Origin: Eledone cirrhosa
Taxonomy: Eukaryota
Assembly (NCBI GenBank): GCA_964016885.1
Contig: CAXHJY010001015.1
Coordinates: forward strand, 1-64,000
DNA length: 64,000 bases
Reading direction: 5' to 3'
Shown here: positions 28,503-43,393 of the stretch, in pieces
How positions within the stretch are numbered: position 1 is the first letter of the stretch
Layout of the letters: every line of letters begins with the position of its first letter
Made by a program: the position numbers and the translations under genes
The notes under the pieces: generated by a model
The model's input: only the letters and a program-made list of their open reading frames with translations
Told to the model about the DNA's origin: nothing
The model's database searches: none

Positions 28503-29081
28503 TATGGATACACAACTCGTGCACCCTATGAGCGCGTGTTTGTATCATCACCATTGAGCCGGTCACAGACGGTTGGAACCCATACCCCATCTTAAAACAC
28601 GTCTGTTGAAGTGATGTGACCTCTTTCTTTGGCTTCGAATACCCGACAGAATACGAACAAAACCCTACCCTTGTCCCCACTGAAACAACAACAATAATAA
28701 AAACTCCAATAATATCATAACCTACCACTATATATGTAAGCAAACATATTAACACAGAGTACACTAAGAAGAGCTCCGAAAACTCCGAGTAACCGTACGT
28801 ACATCTGCTCCGTGTTTTTACTGTTCTTCCTTCTGACTTCTAGTTCTCCTTACCGTTTAACTCTTTTACTATTTCACCTTTTCCAGCCATCCGGCTGAGG
28901 CCATGCTGGGGCACCGATATTTATTATGGGAAGCGACACAACCTATTTTAAGCCCCCACCATTTGATACTTATGCTGTCTCTACAATTTTAACCTAATTA
29001 GATTATCCTCTAAAAAATATTGCTTGTGGGGTTTCCCTTGACATTGGCCGTGTGCAACACTCTGAGGTCTTGGATTGTTAG

Positions 29082-29157
<76 letters not shown>

Positions 29158-29180
29158 ATTATCTCTCTCTATATATATAC

Positions 29181-29278
<98 letters not shown>

Positions 29279-29283
29279 TTATA

Positions 29284-29587
29284 CCCCAGCAAATTTTATG
29301 AAGGGTGGGTGAAAATAGCGAGAATGGCCCGTGTGAATGGGCCTTCTCTCTTTATCAGCCTGTAGGTGGAAAGGTGGAAGTTCAAAGGAGCACCCCCTCT
29401 CTGTGCTCCTAAGGAAAAGGGTTGTACACTTTTTCGGGGGTGTGTGTAACCCCCAAAACGCCTCCTCCCTATTGGGGACTGTATTGTTAATTTTATATTT
29501 GTTATTTGTTGTTTACTCGTTCCTTTATGTCACCCCCCCCCCCCCTTGTATTTGTCCCCTTCTCCTGTGCCCTCGTGGCAAATAAAT
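29284..29587 (+). mobile_element. Tx1-like LINE 3' end, copy 2
   Basis: Aligns with 23640-23980 (GATGGGTGAAA..GAGAATGGCCCGTGTGAATGGGCCTTC.., 3' UTR hairpins, CAAATAAA). Confidence 0.85.
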
Positions 29588-30047
29588 AGATAGATAAATA
29601 TATAGATAGATAAGTTTCTATCTACCTACCTACATATGTACCTACCTACCTATCTACGCCATAAAAATAACAACACATTTCTTCGTTTCTTCCCCACCAA
29701 CTCGGAGTTATTTGATGTATTATCATCATCATCATCATCATCATTACTATTATTGTTGTCTTTGGTATTGTTTTCTTTGATATTGTTGTGTCATTTTCTT
29801 CTTCCTACCGAAATAGAAACGGGGATTTTAAGAACCGTTTTCTGAAATCATTTAAACGCTATCAAAGCTAAACTTTTCATTTATTTAATTTTTATTTACA
29901 CATTCCCAAACATTCCATTAATATCTACAGTTTCTCCATGATCAGTTTAAGAATAATAATATCGATACAACAACAAAAATTACCAATAGTAATAATAATA
30001 ATAATAGTAATAATAATAATAATAATGGTTACAATGGTATTTAAATC

Positions 30048-30086
<39 letters not shown>

Positions 30087-30114
30087 ATAAATATATAAAA
30101 TATTTATATATATA

Positions 30115-30170
<56 letters not shown>

Positions 30171-30181
30171 TTATATATATG

Positions 30182-30230
<49 letters not shown>

Positions 30231-30799
30231 TATACATATAAGTATATATATATGTATATATATATATACATACATACATACACACACATATATATATATA
30301 TATATATTTATTATTTTTACAATATATTTTTATTATAATGTTTTGTAGCTAACTTATATATTTCTTACATTTACATCTTTTGATCATTTTCCTGTGTTGT
30401 TGTGTAGTTATTGTTGTTGTTATTATTGTTATTGTTGTTGTCATTATCGTTGTTATGTTATGTTATACTTTTTTCACTTGAATGTTGTGTTTCTCGTCAG
30501 TCAATATATGTGTGTTTATGTTCGCTAACTTGTTTTACGGTTTACGTTGTTTCCTATCAAATGCCTTCCTCTTTCTCTATTCATTTTTTCACCCTATCAC
30601 TTTCACTCTCTTTCTTACTCTCCTTTCTTACTATCCTTTCTTATTCATGTTACCAGCCCTCTCCCGCTCCGCCTCCAAATTTCTTGTATTTTGTTTTATT
30701 TTTTGCTTGTTTCTATTTGCTCTACAATTTTAAATACATTTGTTTATGCTTCTGATTACCTCTCACTTTTTTATATACGAGTATGTGCAGGGGGATATA

Positions 30800-30937
30800 T
30801 GTACATCGAAGTATAAATATACATATATGTATATATATACATAAATCTATATATACATGTATGTGTATCGATATATATATATGTATATCTATATGTATGT
30901 ATGTATATATATATATTTATATATATATATGTATATA

Positions 30938-30997
<60 letters not shown>

Positions 30998-31099
30998 TAT
31001 ATGTATATATATATATATAAGTATATATATATATGTACATATATGTATATATATATATATATGTCTATATATGTATATATATATGTATAAATATGTGTG

Positions 31100-31135
<36 letters not shown>

Positions 31136-31317
31136 TATATGTATATGTATGTATAGATATATGTATGTATATATATATGTAAATATATATATATATGTAA
31201 ATATATATATGTAAATATATATATGTATATATATATATGTATATATATGTGTATAAATGTATATATATATATGTATATATATATGTATATAGATATATGT
31301 GAGTATTTATATATATG

Positions 31318-31362
<45 letters not shown>

Positions 31363-31492
31363 GTAATATATATATATATGTATATATATATATGTATATA
31401 TATATATGTATATATATATATGTATATATATATATGTATATATATATATATGTATATATATGTATATATATATATATGTATATATATATATG

Positions 31493-31543
<51 letters not shown>

Positions 31544-32096
31544 GTATATATATATATATATATGTATATATATGTATATATATATATGTATATATATGTA
31601 TATATATGTATATGTATATATATATGTATATATACATGTATATATAGGTATATATATGTATATGTATATATATATGTATATATACATGTATATATATGTA
31701 TATATATATATGTATATATATATGTATATATATATGTATATATATATGTATATATATATATGTATATATATATGTATATATGTATATATATATATGTATA
31801 TATATATGTATATATATATGTATATATATATGTATATGTATATATATATATATCTATGTATATGTATATATATATGTGTATATATATGTATATATCTATA
31901 TATACATATGTGTATATATATGTATATATCTATATATACATATGTATATATATATGTATATATATATATATGTATATATATATGTATATATATATGTATA
32001 TATATATCTATATCTATATATATGTATATATATATATATGTATATATATATGTATATATATGTATATATATATATATATCTATATATATACATATG

Positions 32097-32129
<33 letters not shown>

Positions 32130-32700
32130 GTATATATACATATATGTATATATAGATATATGTATATACATATATATATATATATACATATATGTATATA
32201 TATATACATATATATACATATATGTATATATACCTATATGTATATATAGATATATGTATATACATATATATATATACATATATGTATATATATACATATA
32301 TATACATATATGTATATATACCTATATGTATATATATATGTATGTATATATATATGTATATATATATATATGTATATATATATATGTATATATATGTGTA
32401 TATATATGTATAGATATATGTATATATATGTATATATATATATGTATATATATATTTGTATATTTATATATATGTATATATATATGTATATATATATGTG
32501 TATATATATGTGTATATATATATATGTATATATATATATATGTGTGTATATATATATATATGTTTATATATCTATATATATATGTATGTATTTATATATA
32601 TATGTATATATCTATATCTATATATATATAAATGTATGTATTTATATATATATGTATATATCTATATATATATAAATGTATGTATTTATATATATATTTG

Positions 32701-32731
<31 letters not shown>

Positions 32732-32759
32732 TGTATTTATATATATATATATATGTATT

Positions 32760-32799
<40 letters not shown>

Positions 32800-32809
32800 T
32801 GTATGTATT

Positions 32810-32856
<47 letters not shown>

Positions 32857-32908
32857 TTATATATATATGTATATATATGTATGTATTTATATATATATGT
32901 ATATATAA

Positions 32909-32988
<80 letters not shown>

Positions 32989-33250
32989 TTATATATATAT
33001 GTATGTATATATATATATGTATGTGTGTGTATATGTATATATATATATACAAATATATATATATATATTTACATACACAAATATATATAAATATACACGC
33101 ACATACATATATGTAGATTTATTCATATTAAAAGATTGTATGTATATATATATATATGTATGTTTGTATGTATGTATGTATGTATGTATGTATGTATGTA
33201 TGTATGTATGTATGTATGTATGTATGTATATATGTATGTATGTATATATA
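30800..33250. repeat. ~2.4-kb (TA)n/(TATG) compound microsatellite
   Basis: Seen directly. Confidence 0.95.
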
Positions 33251-33859
33251 CACATATACAATGTATGTTCATTGAATGTGACCGTATGAAAAGTTATTCC
33301 AGTGGAGGAGGGAATCATTCCCAACGATATTTGAGCTGATTCTCTGCTTCAATATATTCCGTTGATAAAATCAATTTGGCTTCAATAGGTTTTAACAACT
33401 CTTAAACGTAGGTATCAATGCACACACATATTCACACACTTATCTGAACTTACACGTACACTCACATACAAGTTTCAGCTTTGTAATTTCTTTTTTGTTA
33501 TCAAAGCACACACACATACGCTCACACACTCACACATATACGCTCACACACACGCACACATATATATAAATAAATTGATACATGTTTACACAGATATAGA
33601 TATACTTATTTATACACGTGTATATATATATACAGGTTTATACACATATTGATTTACATGTTTGCATACATATATATATATATATATATATGTTTTTTCT
33701 TCTATAAAATGAAGCAGTTTATTTGAAATGAAATCGTAATCCCGATTTATTTACCATCACTTCACCGGAAATCATAATGCAACGAACATATCCGAGAAGT
33801 TATTCTAACATGCTGTATATATATATATATATATAAATATATATATAGAGAGAGAGAGA

Positions 33860-33939
<80 letters not shown>

Positions 33940-33988
33940 CGTTGCAAATTACTTCTTGTTATACACATATACAACCACAAAGTGTCGT

Positions 33989-34035
<47 letters not shown>

Positions 34036-34440
34036 TAATAATAATAATAATAATGTTGAATTAAAAAGATTGTAGCAGTTAAGGAATGTGTCTCCCATTC
34101 CATATGTAATTGGTACAGCTGGGAACCCACTGATCCGTTTCTGTAACGACATTGACAAATTACCTATAAAGATAGGCAGAGGCGCGTTCCAGAAAACGGA
34201 GGTGTCAACCACACTAAACATTACTAGGGCTTTCTCACAGCATTTGTACTCCTTTAATATTCTTTGTTAATTCTGACGTTATTCTCTATATGTTTTCTAT
34301 TGAACATCTCTGTATGAAAAAAATTGCACATTTCAGCACGTTAAACAAACTGCTTTGGCAACATTCAATAATTCTATACATGGGGTCAATCTTCAGTCAG
34401 TTAAGGTTTTGTTTATAGTATATATATACATATATATAAC

Positions 34441-34516
34441 GAAGGAAATGTGGTAAGGAACCATATGGACCATAACGCACCAAAGTACTCAATACTTAGG
34501 GTAGTAGAGTGGGTAA
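34441..34516 (-). mobile_element. family B 3' tail only
   Basis: Reverse complement of 283-357, flanked by (TA)n. Confidence 0.85.
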
Positions 34517-34520
34517 AAAC

Positions 34521-34616
<96 letters not shown>

Positions 34617-34868
34617 ATGTATATATTTATGCATATGATGTACATGAATAAATAAAGGCACGGTGGGGGCACAAGTCAACGGAGAAAAAGAGCGGGAAAA
34701 CCTACAGCCCGCACTCATCAGTCAACCTCTCGAAATCACTACAGTTTCTGTACACACACACACATATATATATAAACACATAAAAGATTTTACCATAGCA
34801 AAATATATTTGAAAAGTGATTAGAATGCTTATTTTGAAGTATGTATGTATATATATAAGTATATATAT

Positions 34869-34973
34869 ATATTGTTATACGTTGGAAGAGTCATGTTGCC
34901 AATATGAAACACACGCACCAGTGGTGCGTGTGTTTCTTATTGGCAACATGACCCTCCTAAAGTATAACAATAT
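34869..34973. mobile_element. 105-bp palindromic element (MITE-like)
   Basis: 52-bp arms around 34921, about 5 mismatches; right-arm motif TATTGGCAACATGACC recurs at ~8340. Confidence 0.75.
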
Positions 34974-35027
34974 CGGTTTCAACACACGTTTTCAGATAAA
35001 TAATCTTGCTAAACAAATTCAGAAACG

Positions 35028-35071
<44 letters not shown>

Positions 35072-35289
35072 GTGTGTGTATGCTTACGATTTCTTGTACA
35101 TTTTTACGTCAGTATGAGAATATAAATGAATCTAAGGCAACAATGTAAGTCATGACTATCAACACCATAATCAGCACCACCACCTCCGCCACTTATCTTC
35201 CCTCCCTCATTCATCCATCTTTACTCAGGTCTCGTAGTTAATTCAGGCTCAGTTTGACTTAAAGAATGCTGCCGACTCTCATCTACAAA

Positions 35290-35364
<75 letters not shown>

Positions 35365-35440
35365 TTATATATTTACACTCACACAAACATATATATACTT
35401 ACATGCATATATATATATGTATACATATGTATAATGAATG

Positions 35441-35527
<87 letters not shown>

Positions 35528-35809
35528 TATATATATATATATATATGTAAATATATATATATTATATATATAAATATATATATGTAAATATAAATATATA
35601 TATATATATATATAAATATATATATATGTAAATATATATATAAATATATATATATGTAAATATATATATAAATATATATATATGTAATATATATATATAT
35701 ATATATATATATGTGTATATATATGTAAATATATATATATATATGTATATATATGTAAATATATATATATATATATATGTAAATATATATATGTAAATAT
35801 ATATATATG

Positions 35810-35854
<45 letters not shown>

Positions 35855-36459
35855 CCATTTATTTACGCAAACACACACACAGACATATATATGTATATAC
35901 GTATATTATGTAAAAAAGGAGGGTCAATCACCAATGACCTTTGAAGGTCATGCCAAAATGATAAGATTGATATTCTTCATTCTGAACATCTGTGGGGTGA
36001 CATCGCCTTTAAGAAGAAAATGAATAAATAAATATCCTCTATACAGCGGAAATTCCAGTGGGAGGCAAGTGTAAGAACGTGGAGTAAGGATTGGGTAAAT
36101 ATTTTAGTGCAAAATCTATGGCTGACACACAAGTAATATAGACGGTTGTTCGGTGGAGTGGGTTATGTAACTTGTTTGTTCCGTGAAGCAAATAACGTTG
36201 TAGTAGTGACAGAAGCAACAGAGAGTGGACACAACATATCAATACTCCAGCTACTACCATTCAAGATAAAGGTTCTTTTTTATTAATTTCGTTTAAGATG
36301 TTTGTACACACACACAAACACACACAGACACACATTAAATTTGAGCCAATATAATTTCTTAACTCCAGAAACTATGCTTGTGGACAATATATGCGTAAAA
36401 CTGACTTATTTCATTTTTATATTTTATTTTCTTATTGGGTTTAATAATAGACAAATAAC

Positions 36460-36596
<137 letters not shown>

Positions 36597-36671
36597 GAGG
36601 AAGTTATATACCATTTCCTGTCAGCATGACTTGGCAAGCTATTTAGAACACTGGTTTAACCGCTTTACTTC

Positions 36672-36706
36672 CCTCTGAAGAAGAGATATTATCTCGAAAA
36701 TTAAGG
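36672..36706 (+). ncRNA. minimal hammerhead motif (family E)
   Basis: CCT-CTGAAGA-A-GAGAT att ATCTC-GAAA-AT-TA-AGG; AATT palindrome as stem III; stem I only 3 bp. Confidence 0.65.
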
Positions 36707-36958
36707 ACACTTAAATAAATCTAAGGTAAAAGACTAATTGTCAACAATATCTTTTGCATTTGCATTCTTTATTCTATGTCCATACCTGCATTGTTTAGGT
36801 TTATTATACATATACAAACGTTTATATATATATAAGTTTATCCCGAGTTCAATCGGGGGTAACTACAGTAATGTACTTTATACATAGAGTATAAAGATTT
36901 GATGATTTCTCCCGAATGAAACAGTTCTAGTCCTGTATAAGCCATTTCTATATTATAT

Positions 36959-37007
<49 letters not shown>

Positions 37008-37435
37008 CTGCTTTCATAAATTGTTGGCTTAGACTTTTAATTTGTGCTAATAATATATATGTATATACATATGTATATCTGAATGTATATGTAAATACGT
37101 ATCTGTCCGTCTGTCCGTCTGCATGTTTGTCTGTTTGCCCGTCTGTATATATCCATTATATGTATTGTCTACTGTAAGAGATATACTCTCGTGTCTCGAA
37201 TAATCGCCCCCTCCGCTTATTAAATTTTACTAATCTATCTCCGACGAAATTATATTTGAAGTGATAACATTCCTGCGATAATTAATCTTCTTTAGACATT
37301 AAAAAAAAAACATTATACATGACAAAAAAGTACAATACTAGAAAACCCATGCGTTATAAAATAAATAGGATGGGTTGGGGTCTCAATATGTAAACTAAAC
37401 GACTAATTCTGAGTTTTTAAAAAATCAACGAAGGC

Positions 37436-37911
37436 TTCTTTTCTTCGCCCACATGTTCTTGAGAGGGTCGTGGGCGCAGAGTCCTCAAACACTCCCTCCA
37501 ACGGGTCCTATCAGAAGTAACCGTCTCCAACCGATCCGGCTGGATACCCTAGTAAGACCAGCCAAGTTAATGGATGTTATCCAACCATCTTGCTCGGGGT
37601 CTACCCCTGGCTCTCCTACCTGTTGGTTTCGCCCGTAAAATCTGTCCAGTGGTTCTTTTCTGAGACATTCTAACCACATGTCCACAGTATCGGAGCTCTG
37701 ATTTCTCAATTCGGAGATTCTTTCCTGGGACATTCTAACCACATGCCCATAGTATAGTAGCTGTCATTCCTCAATTCGGAGATTCTTTCCTGAGACATTC
37801 TAACCACATGCCCATAGTAACGGAGCTATGATATCTCAATTCGGAGATTCTTTCCTGAGACATTCTAACCACATGCCCGTAGTATCGGAGCTGTGATCTC
37901 TCAATTCGGAG
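37436..37911 (-). mobile_element. RTE-clade LINE 3' fragment
   Basis: Minus strand LRIERSQLRYYGHVVRMSQER..QILRAKPTGRRARGRPRARWLDNI..DRTRWRECL. Confidence 0.85.
37653..37911. repeat. 4 x 65-bp tandem repeat at the 5' truncation end of the RTE copy
   Basis: Units start at 37653, 37718, 37783, 37848. Confidence 0.92.
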
Positions 37912-38327
37912 GCAACATAGAAAAATTACCGATTCTCCAGCACCCTCCTATTCCAACCTTTTTATTTATTCCATCCCAGCGCCGCTTATTCCACCCCCTC
38001 CTATTATTTGGGACCCAAGATTAACATGCTATGAGGTGGATATTGGATGAATGCAGTATCGAAACTGGGGATACACAACCTGTAGGGTTTGTTTAAATGA
38101 AATTTGGTCCTGGTGGGAGAGTTATATGTAATTGGTGTAAAGGGATCTGTTTGTTGTGAAAGAATGTCTTAGTGGGGACTGTGGAGTAGGGGTTGGGGAA
38201 TTCTATGGGTGTGGTAGATAGTCATATATAGTGAGATGACACTGCAACGTGTCAATATCTTTAAATTGTCTCCAGGGAACCAGCTAGGACGCCGCTATAA
38301 TGAGGCTTTCCAAGATGGCGTCTATTT

Positions 38328-38810
38328 TGGTTGTTGTTGTTGTTGATGTTGATGATGTGGTTGTTGTCGTTGGTGTTGTCAGTGATGTTGATCTTGTTGA
38401 TGGTGTTGATGATGTAGATGATGTTGTTGATGCCAGTGATGTTGATGATGTCGTTATTGATGTTGAAGATGATGTTGTTGTTGTTGTTGGTGGTGAAGTC
38501 AGTGATGCTGCTGATGATGATGTCAGTGATGATGTTGTTGATGAGGATGATGATGTTGTTGTTGTTGTTGATGTCAGTGACGTTTTTGTTGTTGATGATG
38601 ATTTTGTGCTTGTCTCTTCGCTCTAGTTACTATTGCTGCCATGATCCGGCTGCTGTTTCTTACGATGATGATGATGATGATGATGATAGTGATATTGATG
38701 ATGATGATGATCGATTATAACAGACCCACCGCTCCTCCTCCTGCTCCCAATAACCACCACCACCACCATCACCACCACCATCATCATCATCATCATCATC
38801 ATCATCATTG
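38328..38810. repeat. (GTT/GAT)n then (CAC/CAT)n tracts
   Basis: Seen directly. Confidence 0.9.
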
Positions 38811-39103
38811 TGTCCTTAATGGACAAAGATAATGCTCATTTCTCTCAAAGATAGAAACATATATAATTATGATTGGTGTTGTTGCTATTGTTGACTGCTG
38901 CTGCTGCTGCTGCTGCTGCTGTCTACAAGCATACAAGAAACACACAGACAGACAGACAAACATACACTTAGACAGACATACAGATGCTCAGAGAGACAGA
39001 CAGATAGACAAAGTCACAGACAGACAAATAGATATTCAGAGAGACAGACAGACAAAAAGATACTCAGAGAGACAAACAGACTGGCACTCAGACAGACAAA
39101 GAC

Positions 39104-39158
<55 letters not shown>

Positions 39159-39317
39159 GCAACAGCAGCAGCAGCAAAAGTGTTTAATAAAGAGAGACAA
39201 ACGAGAGAAACTGAAGTGAGGATGTGTTTTACAACAACAATACCCAGGAGGGTAATTTTACTTGTTTTGACAAATCGTCAACCTGTCATATCAGAAGGCT
39301 GTGTGTGTATGCGTGTG

Positions 39318-39349
<32 letters not shown>

Positions 39350-39436
39350 TGTGCGTGTTGTATATGTATGTGTACGAGTATGTGTGTGTAAATATCTATA
39401 TATGAAGGTATATGTGTGTGTTGTATAAGTATGTGT

Positions 39437-39485
<49 letters not shown>

Positions 39486-39925
39486 GATATATATATGAAA
39501 TGTGTGTGAGTGTGTGTATGTGCGTGTTCTATGTGTATAAGTGTGCGTATGTGTGTTTATATATATATGTGTGCCTCTGGGGTGGAAATTTTCGTTCTGT
39601 TTCAGACGTTTACTAGAGTCCTCTGTGGGTTAATGTTACAAAACCACCACCACCACCACCACCACATCTAGTAGCAGCAACCACATCACTTGGTATACTC
39701 CTCTCATACTAACCCCTTCTGCACCACACAACAACAGCAACAACAACAACAACAACTCCACTATCGCCACCACCACCCCCAGCACCGCCAGAACTACTAC
39801 CGTCAATCCAACATCAAAATCAACACGACTATTAACATCAGCATCACTACTATCATCACCACCACTATAACTCTGTCTATATCTATCTATCTATCTATAT
39901 GTATATAAGGAGAGAGAAAGATAGA

Positions 39926-39967
<42 letters not shown>

Positions 39968-40081
39968 AATATAATACGTATTATAAATACATACATATAC
40001 ACAGACATATACACACATTTACAAACACTCATACATACACAGACACATACGCAATCACACACATATATACGTATATATGTA

Positions 40082-40186
<105 letters not shown>

Positions 40187-40394
40187 GTAATAGATAACAA
40201 AAAAAAATAGACATAAGCGAATATAATAGTGTATATAGGCATATGTAGACATATATACATATATACATAGAGAGAGAGAGATTGATAGAGATATGTAGAT
40301 AAATAGACGTGTAGATATATAGAGATACACATATACGTATGTAGACATATAGAGATACACATATAGATATATAGACATATATACATACATACAG

Positions 40395-40635
40395 ATATCG
40401 CTCTGGTCTATAGACAAGAAGCCAGATCTCATTCGCTTGCCGTGCTGGGTACACTTCATCAAATCGGACCAAGGAAACAATGTTTCCATTGGTCTTTCCA
40501 ATCCTGATACTATCTACCGGTTGCAGCTCCTGGCAGAAGGAGCAACGTGATATAAAGTATCTTGTTCAAGGATACAACGTATCACCTAGTCCGAAAATTG
40601 AATTCGCAACGTCCCGATTAAGCCATGCACCTTCA
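40395..40635 (-). mobile_element. tRNA-SINE copy (head related to 9196-9470)
   Basis: GGAGCAACGTGATATAAAGTATCTTGTTCAAGGATACAACG..AATTGAATTCGCAAC. Confidence 0.65.
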
Positions 40636-40639
40636 TGCA

Positions 40640-41294
40640 TATAGATATATAGACATATAGATATATAGAGATATAGACATATAGATATATAGACATGTAG
40701 ATATATAGACATATAGGCATATAGATATATAGAGATATAGACATATAGAGATATAGACATATAGATATATAGATATATAGACATATAGACATATAGATAT
40801 ATTGACATATACATATATAGATATATAAATATATAGAGATATAGACATATAGATATATAGACATATAGATATATAGATATATAGACATATAGATATATAG
40901 ATATATAGACATATAGATATATAAATATATAGACATATAGATATATAGATATATAGAGATATAGACATATAGACATGTAGATATATAGACATATAGAGAT
41001 ATAGATATATAGAGATATAGACATATAGATATATAGATATATAGATATATAGACATATAGATATATAGAGATATAGATATATAGACATATAGATATATAG
41101 ATATATATACATATAGGCATATAGATATATAGATATATAGATATATAGACATATAGACATATAGATATATAGACATATAGATATATAGACATATAGATAT
41201 ATAGATATATAGATATATAGACATATAGGCATCTAGATATATAGATTTATAGACATATATATATATAGACATATAGATATATAGATATATAGAC

Positions 41295-41300
<6 letters not shown>
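40640..41300. repeat. (ATATAG/ACATATAG) compound satellite
   Basis: Seen directly. Confidence 0.92.
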
Positions 41301-41332
<32 letters not shown>

Positions 41333-41822
41333 GGCGTCTAATATTGCAGTGTAATCTGGCTTCCTTATTCCTAGTGTTGTATTCTTTATATTCATTGAAT
41401 GAAACAATCAATAGATTGACGGATTATAGGATTAATAGAATTTATATCACGAACTACACAGGCGAGAATAATTAGTAAGTATATAGACACGAGAATGAAT
41501 GCACCAAACGTACATAAAATACCTCACCACCACCACCAACACATACACCACCATCATCATCACTGCATACACCAATACAGACCAACACAGACACGTACTC
41601 AAATTAATATAGACCCACGCATCAATATAGATATATACTCCCCAATATAGATATTTACAGAGAGACACATATATATATACCAACATATTCACTCATATAT
41701 TCAAAAGATATGTAATTTACACTATTATATATACATATTACATACATAGATAAATATGTGCATACGTCAATGCACATAATTATGTATGTATTATGGATGT
41801 ATGTATGCAACATTCATGTAAA

Positions 41823-41886
<64 letters not shown>

Positions 41887-42009
41887 CATACATATATATA
41901 TATACATATATATCTATATATCTATACACATATATATATATATATATATATACACATACATATATATATATATATACATATATATATCTATATCTATACA
42001 CATATATAT

Positions 42010-42060
<51 letters not shown>

Positions 42061-42149
42061 TATATACATACATAAATATATAAATATATGCAAACATATA
42101 TGTATGTGTATATATATATATATATATATAAATACTCACACACACACAG

Positions 42150-42180
<31 letters not shown>

Positions 42181-42199
42181 CACACACACGCACGCACAT

Positions 42200-42253
<54 letters not shown>

Positions 42254-42482
42254 GAATATCGTCAGTATCTCCTCTCATCTAGCTAAATTAGCCTTCATCT
42301 GTGTTGTATGATTGTCTAATGTATCTATTATATATACACCATCACATTAATATTCACCCTACATTCAATACAGACCTTAAACAATACATTCTATAGCCAT
42401 TGTAATATAGACTTATTAAATTATTCTCATTGTCTATCTATCTAACTATCAGTCCATCCAACTATTTTCCTCTTTGTGTATG

Positions 42483-42572
<90 letters not shown>

Positions 42573-42727
42573 AAAATATCTACATCTCTCTCTCCGTGTA
42601 TATAGGGATATCTATGTGTATATAAATATATATACACGCGCACATATGTATATAGATATAATATAAGATATTTATATCTATATCTATCTATCTATCTATT
42701 TATCTCTCTCTCTCTATATATATATAT

Positions 42728-42770
<43 letters not shown>

Positions 42771-42796
42771 TTTACACATACACCAATTACTCTATA

Positions 42797-42854
<58 letters not shown>

Positions 42855-42860
42855 ATAAAG

Positions 42861-42920
<60 letters not shown>

Positions 42921-42956
42921 ATAAAGATATATATATATATATATATATTTGTATAA

Positions 42957-42996
<40 letters not shown>

Positions 42997-43087
42997 GAAA
43001 TACCTTTTCTAAAAGGTGACACAGATCGAATCAAGGCCTTTGCGATAGTGAAACAAACTTCTGAACTATTGGCTGTCTCTGAATCTG

Positions 43088-43169
<82 letters not shown>

Positions 43170-43170
43170 A

Positions 43171-43250
43171 TGTCACGTTTTTATTGTATATAAACTTCAC
43201 CCTTTTGTATTTGTCCTCTTCTTTTGCGCCCCTGTGGCTAATAAAGAAAC
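43171..43250 (+). mobile_element. Tx1-like LINE extreme 3' end, copy 3, between (TATC)n tracts
   Basis: TTGTATTTGTCC..CTTTTGCGCCCCTGTGGCTAATAAAGAAAC. Confidence 0.85.
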
Positions 43251-43343
43251 ATATCTATCTATCTGTCTGCCTTTATATCTGCCCCTCTCTCTCTCTCTCT
43301 GTCTGTCCATCTATATATCTATCTATGTGTATATATGTATGCA

Positions 43344-43393
<50 letters not shown>

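Larger units (their letters stand above)
37186..38021. mobile_element. non-autonomous TA-flanked DNA transposon (Tc1/pogo-like) hosting an RTE fragment
   Basis: Imperfect TIRs CTCTCGTGTCTCGAATAAT / ATTATTTGGGACCCAAGA; subterminal CCGCTTATT and CCCTCCTATT repeats. Confidence 0.6.

Noticed and set aside
34085-34130. Su(H) paired site
   Set aside because: Half-sites are imperfect and in the wrong relative orientation
34690-34725. Minus-strand CTGATGAG-TGCGGG..CCCGC
   Set aside because: A stem forms but is not followed by GAAA; the type II topology lacks proper stems
37653-37911. CRISPR-like regular repeat
   Set aside because: Contiguous tandem units with no unique spacers; derived from an RTE LINE in eukaryotic DNA
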